Positions 26,796 to 41,440 of a stretch of 64,000 nt of DNA are shown here, piece by piece. Positions within the stretch are counted from its first letter, which is position 1; each line of letters opens with the position of its first letter. The DNA is from Eledone cirrhosa. Taxonomy: Eukaryota. The stretch lies in contig OZ024744.1 in the NCBI GenBank assembly GCA_964016885.1, forward strand, positions 73,408,001 to 73,472,000, written 5' to 3'. The translations under genes were made by a program, and so were the position numbers. The notes under the pieces are model-generated. The model had not been told where the DNA came from and ran no database searches. It was given only the letters and a program-made list of their open reading frames with translations.

Positions 26796-27002
26796 CCTGT
26801 GTGAGTGTTAGTGTGTGTGCCTGTGTGAGCGTTCGTGTGTGTGCCTGTGTGAGTGTTCGTGTGTGTGTGTGTGTGTAAACCACCGTTGGAATCGTAGACA
26901 CAGGCCGCGAAACACGATCATCACTGACAACCAACTCGAGAGAGAATCCCTTATGGTTGATTCGCAACCTGCTAGAAATAGCAGTCAGGTTGGTTAGCAT
27001 AC

Positions 27003-27332
27003 GTGGAATGTCTTTCTTCTTCTTTGGTGTCATAAAATTAGTATCAATAAACTTTCCTGGATATACTCTTATCCCAATCCTGTACATACTTTCCGATTGT
27101 CACTTCATTTTTTTCGTGTGATACGCGAAGGAAAAAAACCAAGACACTCTTTTATATCTCTTTTATTTGTTCATTCAAAATATTTTTCAGCTAATTCTGT
27201 CGTACAATATTCATCAGCAATCGTTATCTAATGTTTAAAACATATGAATAGCTGCGATATATGCACCATATCAATCAAAAACGATATGAGAATTGAATAC
27301 CATACTAAAGCGCCAGTAAGCTTGCTAAGAAC
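27003..27332 (-). other. Candidate host-gene exon (5'UTR + start of coding, MYRIGIRVYPGKFIDTNFMTPKKKKDIP)
   Basis: Minus-strand acceptor catttctatctgcag| at 27333, donor |gtatgc at 27002, ATG at 27087. The sequence is non-repetitive and no homology is recognised. Confidence 0.3.
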
Positions 27333-27445
27333 CTGCAGATAGAAATGTTAATAAATACAACATTTGGCTTCGGTAAACTTTAAGATGTTCTTTCATTGTA
27401 GGGTTCTTTTCTCAGCCAGTACGTTAAAGAAAATTGATAATTACA

Positions 27446-27633
27446 ATAATTGTTTCTACTTTAGGCACAAGGCCAACAATTATCCAGTGCATTACTGGTA
27501 CTTTATTTTATCTACCCCGTAAGGATGAAAGGCAAAGTCAACCTCGGCGGGATTTGAACTCAGATCGTAAAGGGACGTAACTATGCTGGAAAGCATGGCG
27601 TCCGACCCTCTACCAATACTGCCAATCCACCGT
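27446..27633 (-). mobile_element. tRNA-derived SINE
   Basis: Same family as 1755-1946. Confidence 0.85.
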
Positions 27634-28116
27634 TGAACAGAGAACAACCTTTTTAACAAACTTACAATCATTTGTACAACCATAATGGAAATTCCAAGTA
27701 ACAGAAAATACATAAATTACATTGTTTGAGCCTCAGAGTATACAATATTTTTTGTTCGGCTCTCGGGAGCAAAGATGAAGAGATTGTTTGGCGAGCTCAC
27801 CCTAGAGCATCCTACATACAATTGACCATGGTTATCCCAGATGAAGGCTAGCCACATTTAAGGTTTGACCCTGAGCTTTGTTGATGGTAATCGCGAAGCT
27901 TAGTCTCTCTGTTGCTCTAGTAACATTTTTTTCGTCTGGAAAATCTGATATTGCGGCCAGGCTAGGACTTTTGGGGTGGCATATCGGCAGTAACAATGAC
28001 GATAAGCCGTCTGTGCTTTCGTGAAATAAATACGTTTGTTTATATTTTGTTTTTGTGTATGCAAAAATATCTGTACACGAATATATAATTATATATATAT
28101 TAAAATAACAGATTAA

Positions 28117-28167
28117 AGTTTAAGCAAAGAATCGCTGCTTTCACCCTTAACGGGATCTTCTGAAACT
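28117..28167 (-). ncRNA. Hammerhead-like motif with a U4A core variant; relatives at 53318-53368 (-) and 53722-53767 (+)
   Basis: agttt-CAGAAGA-tccc-gttaa-gggt-GAAA-gcag..ttgc-TT-aaact. Stem I is 5 bp and the triplet is CUU. Confidence 0.55.
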
Positions 28168-28477
28168 AAAAAAAAATCAATCTGTGAACGCAGAAGTAAA
28201 TATTTCGAAAAACGTTGCAACCGAAAGAAAACAGGAAGATGAAACTTTGGTTCGTGAAGACGTTAGGAATGTCGTATAACCGAAAGTGTTGACATTTGAA
28301 TATTTTAAAGAAGTGAATATTTAAATAATGTCTTTAATCTTTTAACAAATTTCAGTAGACAAAAATACCCTCACTTTCTTACTTGGAAAAAGTTACATCT
28401 ATGGTGCAAATTTGGTGCTGTTTGGTCCAGTCGTTTGGCAGAAAGTTTGTTACTTACATACGGCAGTCAGCTTTATA

Positions 28478-28538
<61 letters not shown>

Positions 28539-28636
28539 TATATATACATGTATATACATATATAAATACATTTATATATATATAAATACATGTAATCATA
28601 TATATATATATATATACATGTATACATATAATATGT

Positions 28637-28684
<48 letters not shown>

Positions 28685-28918
28685 TGTGTGTGTTTGAGTC
28701 TGTGTTCTCTTTCGTTGTATATATACATATGTATATATACATATGTATATATGTATATATACATATTTGCATATATATATATATATATATGTGTGTGTGT
28801 AATATATATGTGTGTATATATACATATGTACATATATATATATATATATATGTGTGTGTATATGTATGTGTGTGTGTGTGTGTATACAAATATCTACCTA
28901 TATATCTCTCTCTCTTTC

Positions 28919-28955
<37 letters not shown>

Positions 28956-29041
28956 AAAGTAAATAACAACAACATGGAGTACAGTTACGAAAGGTGTTTG
29001 GTATTAGGTTCACGCTTGAGACTGGGAGGTGGGGACATATA

Positions 29042-29083
<42 letters not shown>

Positions 29084-29929
29084 CATACACATACATAGTT
29101 AATCCTATATGCATATATGAGTATATACATCAATATGCTCACAAACTCACAAACATGGATGTTTAAATAAATAAATTTTCAATAAATAAATAAATGAATA
29201 AATAAATAAATAATTTGAGTGTCTGGGAAGTAACCAAAATGTCGTACTAGATGAGGACAATGAAAATAAAAGAAAGAAAAAGAACGAAAAAAAAACGACA
29301 TAAAAATAGACCTCCTACTCACCTCAAGAAAAACAACTGCAACTACAACAACCAACTAGAAAATGGAAACAAATAGAAGAAGAAAAAAAATGAAAAAAAG
29401 AAAAGATTATCTGTTATTGATCTCTTCTTTCTATTCGGTCAAAAATGGTAAGTGTACTTGGTCGTCAAGCCGCGGTGAAGAGGAGGGGAAAGCAGTCAAG
29501 AATTCCGTTTTTCGTGTCTTAAGCTTCCTGGTAGTTGTTTATGCAATTGCTAAGATTGAATGTCATGATACTAGAGAGGCTGGAACCACGAACCAAGAAC
29601 TAAGAACTAAGAACTAAAAGAAAGTCCGAAGTGCAAAAGATACAATTGCCTCTTTTAAGCAAATCCATACACTTATTAACTACCTCACGTGTTTACAATA
29701 TTGATTTTTTTTGTTTTGAAGATTAGCATAACGCTGCACATGTGTAAAGAAAGTTGTTCAGTTCGATTTAATCGACAATCACCATAACATAACTGGTACT
29801 ATAATTGAGCTTACCAACGATACTCTAAGAGGTCGCACTATTTGTTAGAAATCACAGCTGAATATCTTTCTTAAAATCTAATTAAAAACAAAAATACGAA
29901 GGCTATATTGCATTATGTTGTCTTAAATA

Positions 29930-30140
29930 AGGTTGGTGGATTGGCAGTATCGGACAACATGCTTTGCGGCATAGAGTAACGTCCCTATACATTCTGAGCT
30001 CAATTCCCGCCGAGGTTAGCTTTGCTTTTTATCCTCAGTGAGTCGATAAAATAAATTACCAGTAACGCATTAGGGCTGACTTAATCAATTTTTCCCCCTC
30101 TCAAATTTGTTGGCCTTGTTTAAATTAGAAACAATTATGT
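29930..30140 (+). mobile_element. tRNA-derived SINE (diverged)
   Basis: ggtggattggcagtatcgg..ctgagctcaattcccgccgagg..gtcgataaaataaa..ggccttgt. Confidence 0.75.
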
Positions 30141-30813
30141 AATCCTAAATAGGCATTGTCTGAACTAGAAAATAGAATGCTCATGATGCATGGAATTTGA
30201 CCATAGGTTCGCTTGATTCAAGGTTGACCTAGGGCTAAACCGCAACGATAACATACAGATGAGTAGATATAATAAGTAATATAGTCATAGACACACAACG
30301 TGTGAATAAATGACAGGATGGGCATGGCAGGGAAGAATTTAAACCTAGGTTTGATCCGAAGTAACATAACGTCAACAACAACCACTACATACTTTATTTA
30401 TTTTCTTCATCGAACACAGAAACAGACCTGCCTACCTCTAAAAATCCAAACGGGGTGTACCATAAAAAAAGTGCCTCAAAACGGGGAGAAATGAGACAAA
30501 AGGGGGAGATTTTACATAATGAAAGATTTACCTAATTTCACAAGAGAAGGCATCCCTTACCCACCCCAAAGAGGGTGGGAGATCTTTCCGTCGGTCGGGG
30601 AGAGTTGACAGGTCTACAGGAAGATAAACTAAAAAGATTAATACTAAATATATGTAACTAAAAATACTGACATTTTCTACGGAACTTCATCATTTCTCCC
30701 TACTCAAAAGAGTGATACGAAAGATAGGGGGAGCGATCAGTGCTCCGAGTGGGTTTGTGGTGAGATGGTATGCAATCCGTTAGTTTCTACAGATAGAGGC
30801 TATTCTTGTAGTG

Positions 30814-31001
30814 CAGTGGTTCCCAAAGTGGGTTCCGTGGAACCCAAGGGTTCCACAAAGGAGTGTCTGGGTTTCTGTAAAAAAAGGTAAAGGAGTATAT
30901 TTATATTACGACCATATAACAGTATTAGACTTTGGGGTTCCCCCAAAAGTTTCTGGAGCTCCCAAAATGGTTCCGCGTTTGAAAAGGTTTGGAAAACCCT
31001 G
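30814..31001. mobile_element. hAT-like MITE
   Basis: TIRs cagtggttcccaaa / tttggaaaaccctg, with imperfect 8-bp flanks ttgtagtg / ttgtgagg. Confidence 0.65.
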
Positions 31002-31869
31002 TTGTGAGGTAGTAAACAAGGCAGAATGAGGGAACAACACATTTTTTTTTTGTTCGCAAGTTATCCTTTGCTATTCAGTTATAAATGCAATCAAGAATGC
31101 TTATGTGTGCAACAGCAGTATTGCACTAGATATTAGAAAAGTATTTCATTGCTTGAGATTAAAAAAAAAAAGTCAGCAACTATTATGAACTAAAATAATT
31201 TAGTGGTTTTAAAGAAGACTAAACTTTTTTCTTATCCCGTTTGTAAAATAAGTTGGATTACTTTGAATAAACAATGATTGAATATTGCATAAATTACGTA
31301 CTAAATTTCGTAACTCTTGATTAAATATAAATAATTTTATTGCTTATTTCAAGATTCACTTCTTTAAAATTTTCAAATGTCAACACTTCCAATTAATGTC
31401 CGCTATATTATAACATTTACATATTGTCAATTACGATTTTATTTGACGTATCATATCTAAATGCATATATATTTGCGTATAATATAATATGCACATGCTG
31501 GTTTTTCTGCTAGTATGTGTAATGATTGAGTTCATATGTTCCTGAAGAAGACTAGAGTGAGAGGAGAAAGATTACTTTTACCGAGGAAACAGCTTTGATG
31601 GAAATTTACATCTCATTTTATAATGAGCGAGACTATAAGTGTAAAACAAATCTCGCGAGAATAATAAATCAATGATGGCAGTTTTTACAAAACAACAGAA
31701 CCACAGTATACATTTAACAGTATACATTTAACTATAACATATTTCAGAAAAAGATATTTAACAGAGTGTTAACATTTGCCTGACTGACGCACAAAATTTA
31801 TATTTACGCTGAAACCAATGTATATGTATTTTCAAATATTACAAAGTAAATAAATAGTTTATAAAAACA

Positions 31870-32255
31870 GGGAGTGATGGATTGGCAGAATATGTAGAAT
31901 GCTGAACGAAATAGCATATAGCATGTAGTTACTTTCTTTTACATTCTGAGTTCAAATCATGCTAAGATCAATTTTGATTTTCTCTCTTCCTTCATTATTA
32001 AAATAAGTATCAGTCAAGTTGTAAGGTTGATTTAATGGGATTAGTAGAAGTAATAGAACCTCGGATAAAAAATTTCATTGCGGTATTTTTTTCCTGCTCA
32101 TTACATTCTGAGTTCAAATCCCGTCGAGGTTAACTTTTTCTTTTCATCCTTCTGGAGACCGATGAAATAAAGTTCCCGTCAGGTACTGGTGATGATTAAA
32201 TCACCTTTGCCCTTCCCCAATTCAATGTCCTTATGCCTAAATTAGAAATTAATTT
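31870..32255 (+). mobile_element. Two diverged tRNA-SINE copies in tandem
   Basis: B boxes gagttcaaatc at ~31948 and ~32110, each with a SINE body. Confidence 0.65.
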
Positions 32256-32720
32256 ACTTGACTATACCAGCAAAAATAGATAAACAAATAAATAAAACAT
32301 GTTGACCTTAAAAATATGTTGAAAGAGAATTAACGTGCATTAATAAAATTGTTAATTAATTCAGGTATATAATTAATTCCATAATATAGTCATTTATTCA
32401 AAGTTTATTTTTAGTACAATTGCATTCAAATATAAATATAGCTAGTAATATTAAATAAAGTTCTATCAATATTAACTTCAAATAATGTAATTTTAAAGAT
32501 ATATATCTATATATAACCTTATATATATATAACCATATATATATACAAGGTTCTATTTTAGACCCAGTCTTCGCAAAAAGAAAAATGAACAGACTTTTCA
32601 ACATTAAAGTTCAAATTTTAAATTTCTAATTCTTTTAAATTCTTTTTAATTGTAATATTCAACATTTGATAAGATCGTTTCCACTGATACATCGAAACCG
32701 GTTATATTTAATATATTTTA

Positions 32721-33331
32721 TCTATATATATAAAACTGAGGATGTCTGTGTGTGTGTGTGAGTTTCAATCCCTAAAACTCTAGAAGTACCCAATCGATTT
32801 TTTCAAACTTTACTTATGTATTACTTATGTTTCAGGGAGCCTTATGCTCATAAAAAATTCAACTTTTTGATCCCCTAGGTGAAAAACTGCGTTTTTTTCA
32901 GCTTTTTATGGGTTTTTTGAGGCGTTACGTCAGACCGATTTCCTTGAAATTGTAACTATGTATTAGTCGGTCTCTTCTTTATACCGTGCGCAAAGAAAAT
33001 CCAACTTTTTATGGCCTAGGGCCCGCATTAGGTAAAAACGTCATTTTTTCAGCTTTTTAGGGCTTATTTGTGGCGTTACGTTTTACAGATTTTCCCGAAA
33101 TTTCAAGGCATATTATGCACATAAAAAAAAATTCATTTTCTTGATCTCCTAGGTGAAAACCCGCATTTTTCCTGCTTTATCGAGGAAAATCTAAAAGATT
33201 ATCCAGCCATCAGAGAATTCGGTTTATTTTCTTTACATATTGTACAGACATGTAGTTTTTACACTATTAGGTCTGTTGGCGGCCGCGTTCCAAAATACCT
33301 TATCCCGTTCAACGCCGAGTACCACTGTTAG
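32721..33331 (+). mobile_element. Non-autonomous Helitron inserted into a hammerhead-bearing repeat
   Basis: Begins TCTATATATATAAAA after an A and ends with a subterminal hairpin-like cccgttcaacgccgag + TTAG before a T, with no TSD. The joined flanks match 5225-5460 (minus). Confidence 0.75.
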
Positions 33332-33792
33332 TATAAATTATAAAACTCCTTTTTTTAAAAGAATTGTTCTTCTCATTTTTTCAATAATGTCACTTTGACG
33401 AATCAAAGAAGAAGAACAAAAAAGAAAAAAAGAAAAACAGATCCTGAAATATATTTTCCGTGGTATTTCCAATTCCACTTTATTTCTCTAACTCCTGTTT
33501 TGTTTAAAACCTTACTCCCTTTTCGAATATATATATATATATATATATCATAAAACATGTCTATAGAATCACAAGATAAAATATATACCATTTCCTCTCC
33601 CAATTAGCATAATTAACTATATAAAAATGAGGCTTCCATGAAGAAATCTCCGACAAATAACCGACACTAGCCCTTCGCGTCGGCCGCAGCGGAATATTTA
33701 TCGAATATTTCGACAGCGTAATCGCCCAGATACAGTCAACTAAACAGAATTAGGTGTAAAATAAACTAGGAGAAAATAGAATACATTTAAAT

Positions 33793-33880
33793 ACCTCTAC
33801 CATGGTTTCATCCGTATTTTGAGTTTTCCAATAATTATGTAATAATTATATAAACTCGAGCACCGGATTCATCAGGAAGT
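33793..33880 (-). ncRNA. Type I hammerhead ribozyme with palindromic stem III
   Basis: acttc-CTGATGA-atccg..cggat-GAAA-ccatgg-TA-gaggt. GUA triplet and extended stem II. Confidence 0.85.
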
Positions 33881-34081
33881 TTGGTCTTATTTAGACACTA
33901 ACATTTTCCAAAGTGATCGCGCCAAGAATTCATTCAAAATGGCTAAAAATCGTGACGTAGTCGCGGTCAGGTTGGAAGGGGATTGGTAGTTGCCTACGAC
34001 TGGTGGCATTTTTGATAGAAAGCACAGCACAATACAGCCAAATTTGTATCTCAACCTAATGGGAGATTATTACATATAAAA

Positions 34082-34154
<73 letters not shown>

Positions 34155-34232
34155 CGTGTTTTGCAACTGGTCACTTTGTGGCTCAATGAAACATTAATAA
34201 ATTAAATAATCAGAGCTATATATCATAAAACA

Positions 34233-34282
<50 letters not shown>

Positions 34283-34349
34283 TATATATATATATGTATA
34301 CAAATATATATATATATATGTAAATATATATATATATATGTAAATATAT

Positions 34350-34446
<97 letters not shown>

Positions 34447-34459
34447 AAAATATATATAT

Positions 34460-34619
<160 letters not shown>

Positions 34620-34620
34620 G

Positions 34621-35215
<595 letters not shown>

Positions 35216-35284
35216 GTTTGATTAAAACAACAGGAGGCCGGACTGGGGATATCCTTTTAAAGTTTTATTATTGCAAAAACACTA

Positions 35285-35477
35285 AGGACGGTGAATTGGC
35301 AGTATCGGTAGAGGGTCGGACGCCATGCTTTGCAGCAAAGAGTTACGGCCCTTTATGATCTGAGTTCAAATCCCGCTGAGGTTAACTTTGCCTTTCATCC
35401 TTACGGGGTCGATAAAATAAAGTACCAGTAATGTACTTGGTAATTGCTGGCCTTGTGCCAAAAGTAGAAACAATTAT
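35285..35477 (+). mobile_element. tRNA-derived SINE
   Basis: A box TGGCAGTATCGGT and B box GAGTTCAAATCC. Flanked by the direct repeat attattgcaaaaacacta (TSD-like). Confidence 0.9.
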
Positions 35478-36034
35478 TGCAAAAACACTATATATTTTTC
35501 AATGACCTGGTTACGTAAGATCCCGGCGACATCATCAAGTTCGTATTGTATAATTAATCAATAAAGGATTTACTGCAAACACAAACAGAAAATATATACA
35601 GTGACCAGTTCTATCCAGTGGTGAACCACTAAGCTTATTACAATTGCAAATAAAGTTTGTACATAACCTTCAACACTGACTTCGAATCTTTTAAATCTAT
35701 TTACACCCTGCACAATGCAGCCGTAACACTGGAATATAACTCAAACGAAACAGACCTCGTAACAGCTTCGAGCGCATCGAACGGTGTACCATCTGTAACT
35801 GTTGTACAATTAACTAACATGTTTATGTATTAATAAACCATCGTCTCTATAAATAACCCAGTTACTCGTGTGGAGGGTATTGTTACTTAGTTTAGAATAT
35901 ATATCGTATTCCAATAAGGTTTCAAATTGCTACAATATCTTTGGCTCAGATTTTTACAACAAATGTATCTAAATTATACATCCTTATGATCTCATGAAAA
36001 CAGAGGATCAATTTTTTAGACCTTGTATTATTAT

Positions 36035-36445
36035 TGGTAGGGTAGTATAATCGGTAGAGCGTCGGACATTCGTCGTGGCATTGAGTTACGACCCATTATG
36101 TTCCGAGTTAAAATCCCGCCGAGGTTAGCTTTGCCTTCCATCTTTACGGGATCGATAAAATAAAGTACCAGTAACGCACTGAGGTCGACTTAATCGAATT
36201 TCACATACCCCAAAAAACTGTTGGCTTTGTGCCTGAATCAGAAACCATTATTAGGGTGGTGCATTGCTGTATATAGTTACGTCCCTTTTTTGTTCTGAGT
36301 TCAAATCTTAACGAGGTGAGCTTTGCCTTTCATCCCTACGTGGTCGATAAAATGTAGTACCAGTAACACACTAGAATCGATATAATCGGCTTTCTTCCCT
36401 GCCCTTCAAATTGCTGGCCTTGTGCCAAATATAGAAATAACTATT
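36035..36445 (+). mobile_element. Two tandem tRNA-SINE copies
   Basis: Two B-box/body units (36035-36252 and 36253-36445). Confidence 0.8.
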
Positions 36446-37279
36446 TTTTGTATGTCATAAGTACTAAATATCGAATATAACCTTGATAGGTTTTGGCCAG
36501 TATTGGCGTAAGCTATGTCTAACTTAATAGCATCACCTGGCAATACATTTTTTTTTCAAAATCTAGAATCATTCGTAATAGATGTTCAGTAATTAAGTGT
36601 TTGCTTCACAACAGTCAAAGAAAGAAAGAAAAACAGACAGAGAAATAACTGCTTAATGAACACAACTACAAGGATATGGTCCGTACGTGGAAGAGCCGAA
36701 CTCCCACTGTCATCGTCTCCATATCTCTCGCCCTCCCCATCTGTCCGTATGGTGAGCAAATGGGGTCCTAGGTGCTGGCTTCCCCACAGCCCCGGCAGAC
36801 ATATTAGAAGAAGCGTTTCTCTAGAGGATGGTAAGGGAGATGCGCTGGATGAGCCATTCCAGCTCGCGAGGCTTACACTTGCGGTTGGTCAGCTCAGCAC
36901 CTATGGTGGTGAGTAGGGAGGTAGCCCTTGGGGCAAGGGCACCAGAAGCCTCCTCTGCCAAGAGAGCGACCGGTACTTGGAATATTTATATTTAACTTCG
37001 TTTCGTATAAATCAGGTGTGGACAACCATTTGTGAGCAGTGGGCCGCATATTATGTGGCTCATCATAAAGCAGGGTGGATTATTAAAGCATTCAAGGCAA
37101 TTTTAAAATTATACGTGTCATTCACAGAGAATGATAGTGAATGCGTTTGATGAAGGTGGGATAGCTACCGATGTTTATTTACAATCCTCCCCATAATTAA
37201 TCTGTAGAGTATATTTTATTTCTTTTTTTGAGGGGGTAAATGGTATTGATAGATTTACTAACCTACTTAATTTTGTCAT

Positions 37280-37455
37280 TTCGTTGGTAGAGGGTCGGAC
37301 GCCTTGCTTTGACGCAAAGAGTTACAGCCCTTTCCATTCTGAGTTCAAATCCCGCCGAGGTTAACTTTGGCTTTCATCCTTACAGAGTCGATAAAATAAA
37401 GTACCAGTAATACACTGGGTAGTTGCTGGACTTGTGCCAAAAGTAGAAACAATTA
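37280..37455 (+). mobile_element. tRNA-derived SINE (5' truncated)
   Basis: Same family body and 3' end. Confidence 0.8.
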
Positions 37456-37509
37456 TATTGTTATTAAAATAGATAATTTTATGTATTTGGGCATGTATAT
37501 GTATATTAA

Positions 37510-37790
37510 TCAGTATACACCGAGTATACACTGAAGATGAAGAACTCAGAGCTGTACGAGAGCCTTCCAAAGGTCAGCTCGAAAGTAACACAGAGGAGAT
37601 TGAGGTTAGCTGTACATGTCCACCGACATTCAGAGTTGAGACTGCACTCAGTGCTCCTGTGGGAGTCCCTACTTGGATACACTAGAAGAGGGAGACCGAG
37701 GTTGAGGTACGTTGATGCCCCAAGGATCAACACTGGTCTCTTGGAGACGCAGGACATGGCGGCGATGAAGTAGGACAGAGACCGCTGCAG
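37510..37790 (+). mobile_element. RTE-clade LINE 3' fragment
   Basis: NSELY..RRLRLAVHVHR..LLW..RRGRPRLRYVD, the typical RTE C-terminal motif. Confidence 0.8.
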
Positions 37791-38389
37791 AGAACTCTTC
37801 CATGTATCTCGGCAATTTTACCCGCCCTAGATAGATACTTTGATTAGAAAGGCCTTTTTGTGAGTCGGTGTTCATATATGAGGAATGTGTTGTTGTGTGG
37901 GTGTGTGTATGCGTGGGTACTTGCATCTGGGGGAACAAAATCCTTGGGGGGGGGGGAGGGGTTATGTAAAATGAGTATTTTTATATATTGAAAAAAGTAC
38001 TTTGCTTTTGGTTACTAGAATATTTTGATATTTAACATTCGTTTGAATGCCGGAGTGAACGAATGCCATGCAGTAGTAATCAACTATTATCACTTGTTGC
38101 TGGAAAATGGCTGTTTGTAAAATATAAACAAAGTTTCACCGTGATCTTTTGGTGTGTTCGAAAAGATGAACTTGTTGAGGTAATTGTTCATAAAATGACT
38201 GATTTTGATAAGTTCTAATGAGAATTCACTAATTGTAAATCAAGATTTTATGTGAAATTGTATTTGGTAATATATTTTAATGAATATATATATATATATA
38301 TATATATAAAGGAAAAGAATGTCTTCACTTGGATAATATTATGATTTTACAAATTTTACAAAAGAAAAATACGCCAATGAAAATTCCCT

Positions 38390-41280
38390 ATTAGGGGGGA
38401 TAACTACCCAAGGGAGATTCAGGTACTCCACCAATCCTGAACCACCCGAGGCTTCGATGGGACCCGGGAAGGGCACCCCTCTCCTCAAATTCGCCCCCCT
38501 ACAGGCGCATGATTAGAGTAGGCCCACTCATACGGGTCATTCTCGCCACATTCATCCACCTTTTAGCAAATGTACAAGGGGGGGGGGCAGCACTTCTCTC
38601 CCCACCCTCACCTTCCTTTCCAAATGAAATTTGAAAAGGTTGATGAGGCATTGGCCGAAGAGAAAAGTGTCTGTCTTCAGTCCTTTCAACCTCGTCCACC
38701 AGTCAGAAGAAAATTGCCTGCCCTTGCTGGCCAAAAAAAGGCGACGGGTCGATCATCACTATGGACTCGGCCGATAGCCGGATCCGATCTACAAGCGACA
38801 ACAGCTGCTCGACATAACTCCACAACTTAGTAATGCACGGACATTGGACGAGTGCGCGCATCTCGGGCAGCTCCGTCTGACAGCACTTCCGTGACTGTAG
38901 AGTATATTTCGAACCATCAGGAAGTTGTTTATGGGCCCCGGACTGAAAGTTCTCCCGAAGAGATTGGCTAGTTGATTTTCATCGACGCCCAGAGTCTCCT
39001 CAACGATGTCGTCGCTCTTTTCTTCCACCCTCTATCGAACGCCAAGGTGGAGTTTCCACCGATCGCATCGCCCGACAGGTCGAGGGCTGTGAGCGCCTGA
39101 AGACATTCCAATCTCCAAACGCTTCCTCTCGGTCGTCGCTTGACCCACGACTGCAAATCCGTTAAAGAGACGAGCTGGGGGGAAATCCGTCTAGCAAATG
39201 TCGACCACACTTGTTTACTGCCGAGGAAGAGGTGGAGATGCCGTAGCCTGACCGCATGTCTGCGCATTATCAGCCACAGCATGCTCAGCCCTCCACATAG
39301 TGGGTGTTGACAGCAGATGGGCTCTCTGACCATCGGAGTGCGTCCTCTCCACAAAAAGCGAAAGAAAAAACGCTCCAGTGCAGTCAGGCACGACGGTAGT
39401 AGATGATGGATGCGATGTACGCGTTGTCCACCTACACTCGACATTTCGTGGATAGCTTCCTTCCGGCCTATTTCTAGGTTAGAGAAGCCACCCTGCTCGT
39501 CACCTCGTCCTAGTTTTGTCCGTCTGGAGGTCTGGACCGAATCAGACCTCTAGCAATTTAACCGGTCCATCCGTCCAGCGTCCGACAACGCTGTTGGACG
39601 GCGTGGATATGCCCCTCCAGGTGCTGAAACGCAGGCCCACCGACTTTTCCTAGTAAATCATTGCTCCTCTCACCGCCTCGTATTTTCTTAGAATAGTGCC
39701 GATCGACTCGATGTGTTTGGCGCTCAACACCACTATGTTGACGTCGTCTGCATATGCTGACACGGTTCTTCCCTATCGTAGTTCACACGGGACGCCCTCC
39801 AATGTCTCCAGTTTGTGTAATAATGTCTCGAGAGTCAATACCTACAACATGGACGGGAGGTGACATCCTTGCGGACCTAGCGTATGATGTTGAACGGTTC
39901 CGAAAGGTGACCGGTGATCCAGACTCTGAAGATGGGCCCAATGATCCAGACTCTGAAGATGGGCCCAAAGCTGGCCGCCTTCAGGACCGCCACAAGATAC
40001 CGATGGTCGACCCTATCGAAAGCTTTCAACTGATTTAAATTGATCAAGGCCCCACCTGTGCCAGGTTCCCTAGCTACCCTCTCCACGATGTATCGCATGA
40101 GGTGGAGGTTATTGTGGGTGGCTCTGTTTGGAATGGCGCATAACTGCGCCTCTCCCACCAGACCACCAACGACAAGCGCCAAACTCTTTGCCAGCACATT
40201 GGCCAAAATCTTGAACCCTGCGTTTAGCAGAGTTATGGGCCTGAAATTATCCTGGCTGACAGAGATGGGAATTCTCCCAGCTCTGTCAGCCAGTTGCAGT
40301 AGACGTGCGCAGTAGGCGTTCTGCTGCCAGTTGCAGTAGACGTGTGCCAAGAGGTCGCCAAACAAGTCTGGTATGTGTACGTAAAGCTTGTAGGGCAGAC
40401 CATCCAAACCAGGCGTTTATCCATCGTGCAGTCAGTCATTGCCTCCCGTACCTCAGCGGCTGGTATGGGCTTTTCTCAACACTTCGCCTCAGTGGTCGAG
40501 AGTCATTGCAAACCTCGAGGTAGGTACTAAAGTCCATGCCACGATCCAGCCCGCCGCTTACCCCGAACAGCTGAGCGAAGTGCTGCTGAAAAGCCGCACA
40601 CATTTGTTCGAGTAGCGTGCGCCCGTCGTGGTCCTCCAAAGATCGGATCGTGGTTTTGTTGCCACGATGCACCTCCACCACTCGGGCCCATCAAACGGCT
40701 TTCATCCCCTCATGTCTGAGAGCACGTGCTCTAGCTTTGACAACGTAGCGTTTCGTGCTTTGTGTTGAAGAACTGGTTGAAGGTCAATCTCGCGCAAGCA
40801 CGTCGGTCGCTAATTTTCTTACTAGTTCTCCCTCTGCTCTATTTTAGTCTATTGCTAACACCTTACTAAACCTAATGGACTCTATTCTAGTCGCCCTTTT
40901 CAGGGCGAACATCCATTTGTTGTTTACGACTGTCCCCGTCAACATCCGCTTAACAACTTCGCTAATCCTGCCTCTGTAGGCTTTGCGTACCGTGAGCGAT
41001 GCATTTAACTTTCAGTAACCGGGTCCCTGTCTATGAAGCCTATCTAAGTCGACCACACAGATCACGAATTTGTGGTCTGTGTAGTCGACATAATTCAAGA
41101 TAGTCGACTAGATACCCTATCTAGATACGATCTGGATGACTGGATGCAGTTTGTCCATGTCTGTTGGGGCATAAGCAGACATTAGCCTGAAAGCATAGCC
41201 TGCGCTGTAAGACGTAACCTGCACCACCGACTTACCTTCAGGGTCCAGGAAGAAGGTCCGTATCACGAGATCCACCACTA
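38390..41280 (-). mobile_element. Decayed L1/Tx1-like LINE (related to 12480-15850)
   Basis: DGLPYK, NFRPITLLN, AFDRVDH and YADDV (~39745-39755). Downstream regions are homologous, with small internal tandem duplications. Confidence 0.88.
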
Positions 41281-41282
41281 CT

Positions 41283-41440
41283 AATAATGTTTCTATTTTG
41301 GCACAAGGCCAGCAATTATCCAAGTGTATTACTGGTACTTTATTTTATCGACCCCATAATGATGAAAGGCAACGATAACCTCGGCGGGCATTTGAACTCA
41401 GATCGTAAAGGCCACAAGTCAATGCTGCAAAGCCATCATT
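41283..41440 (-). mobile_element. tRNA-derived SINE
   Basis: Same family, minus strand. Confidence 0.75.

Noticed and set aside
35285-35400. tRNA genes at A/B-box motifs
   Set aside because: No cloverleaf is evident and each motif continues into a shared SINE body.
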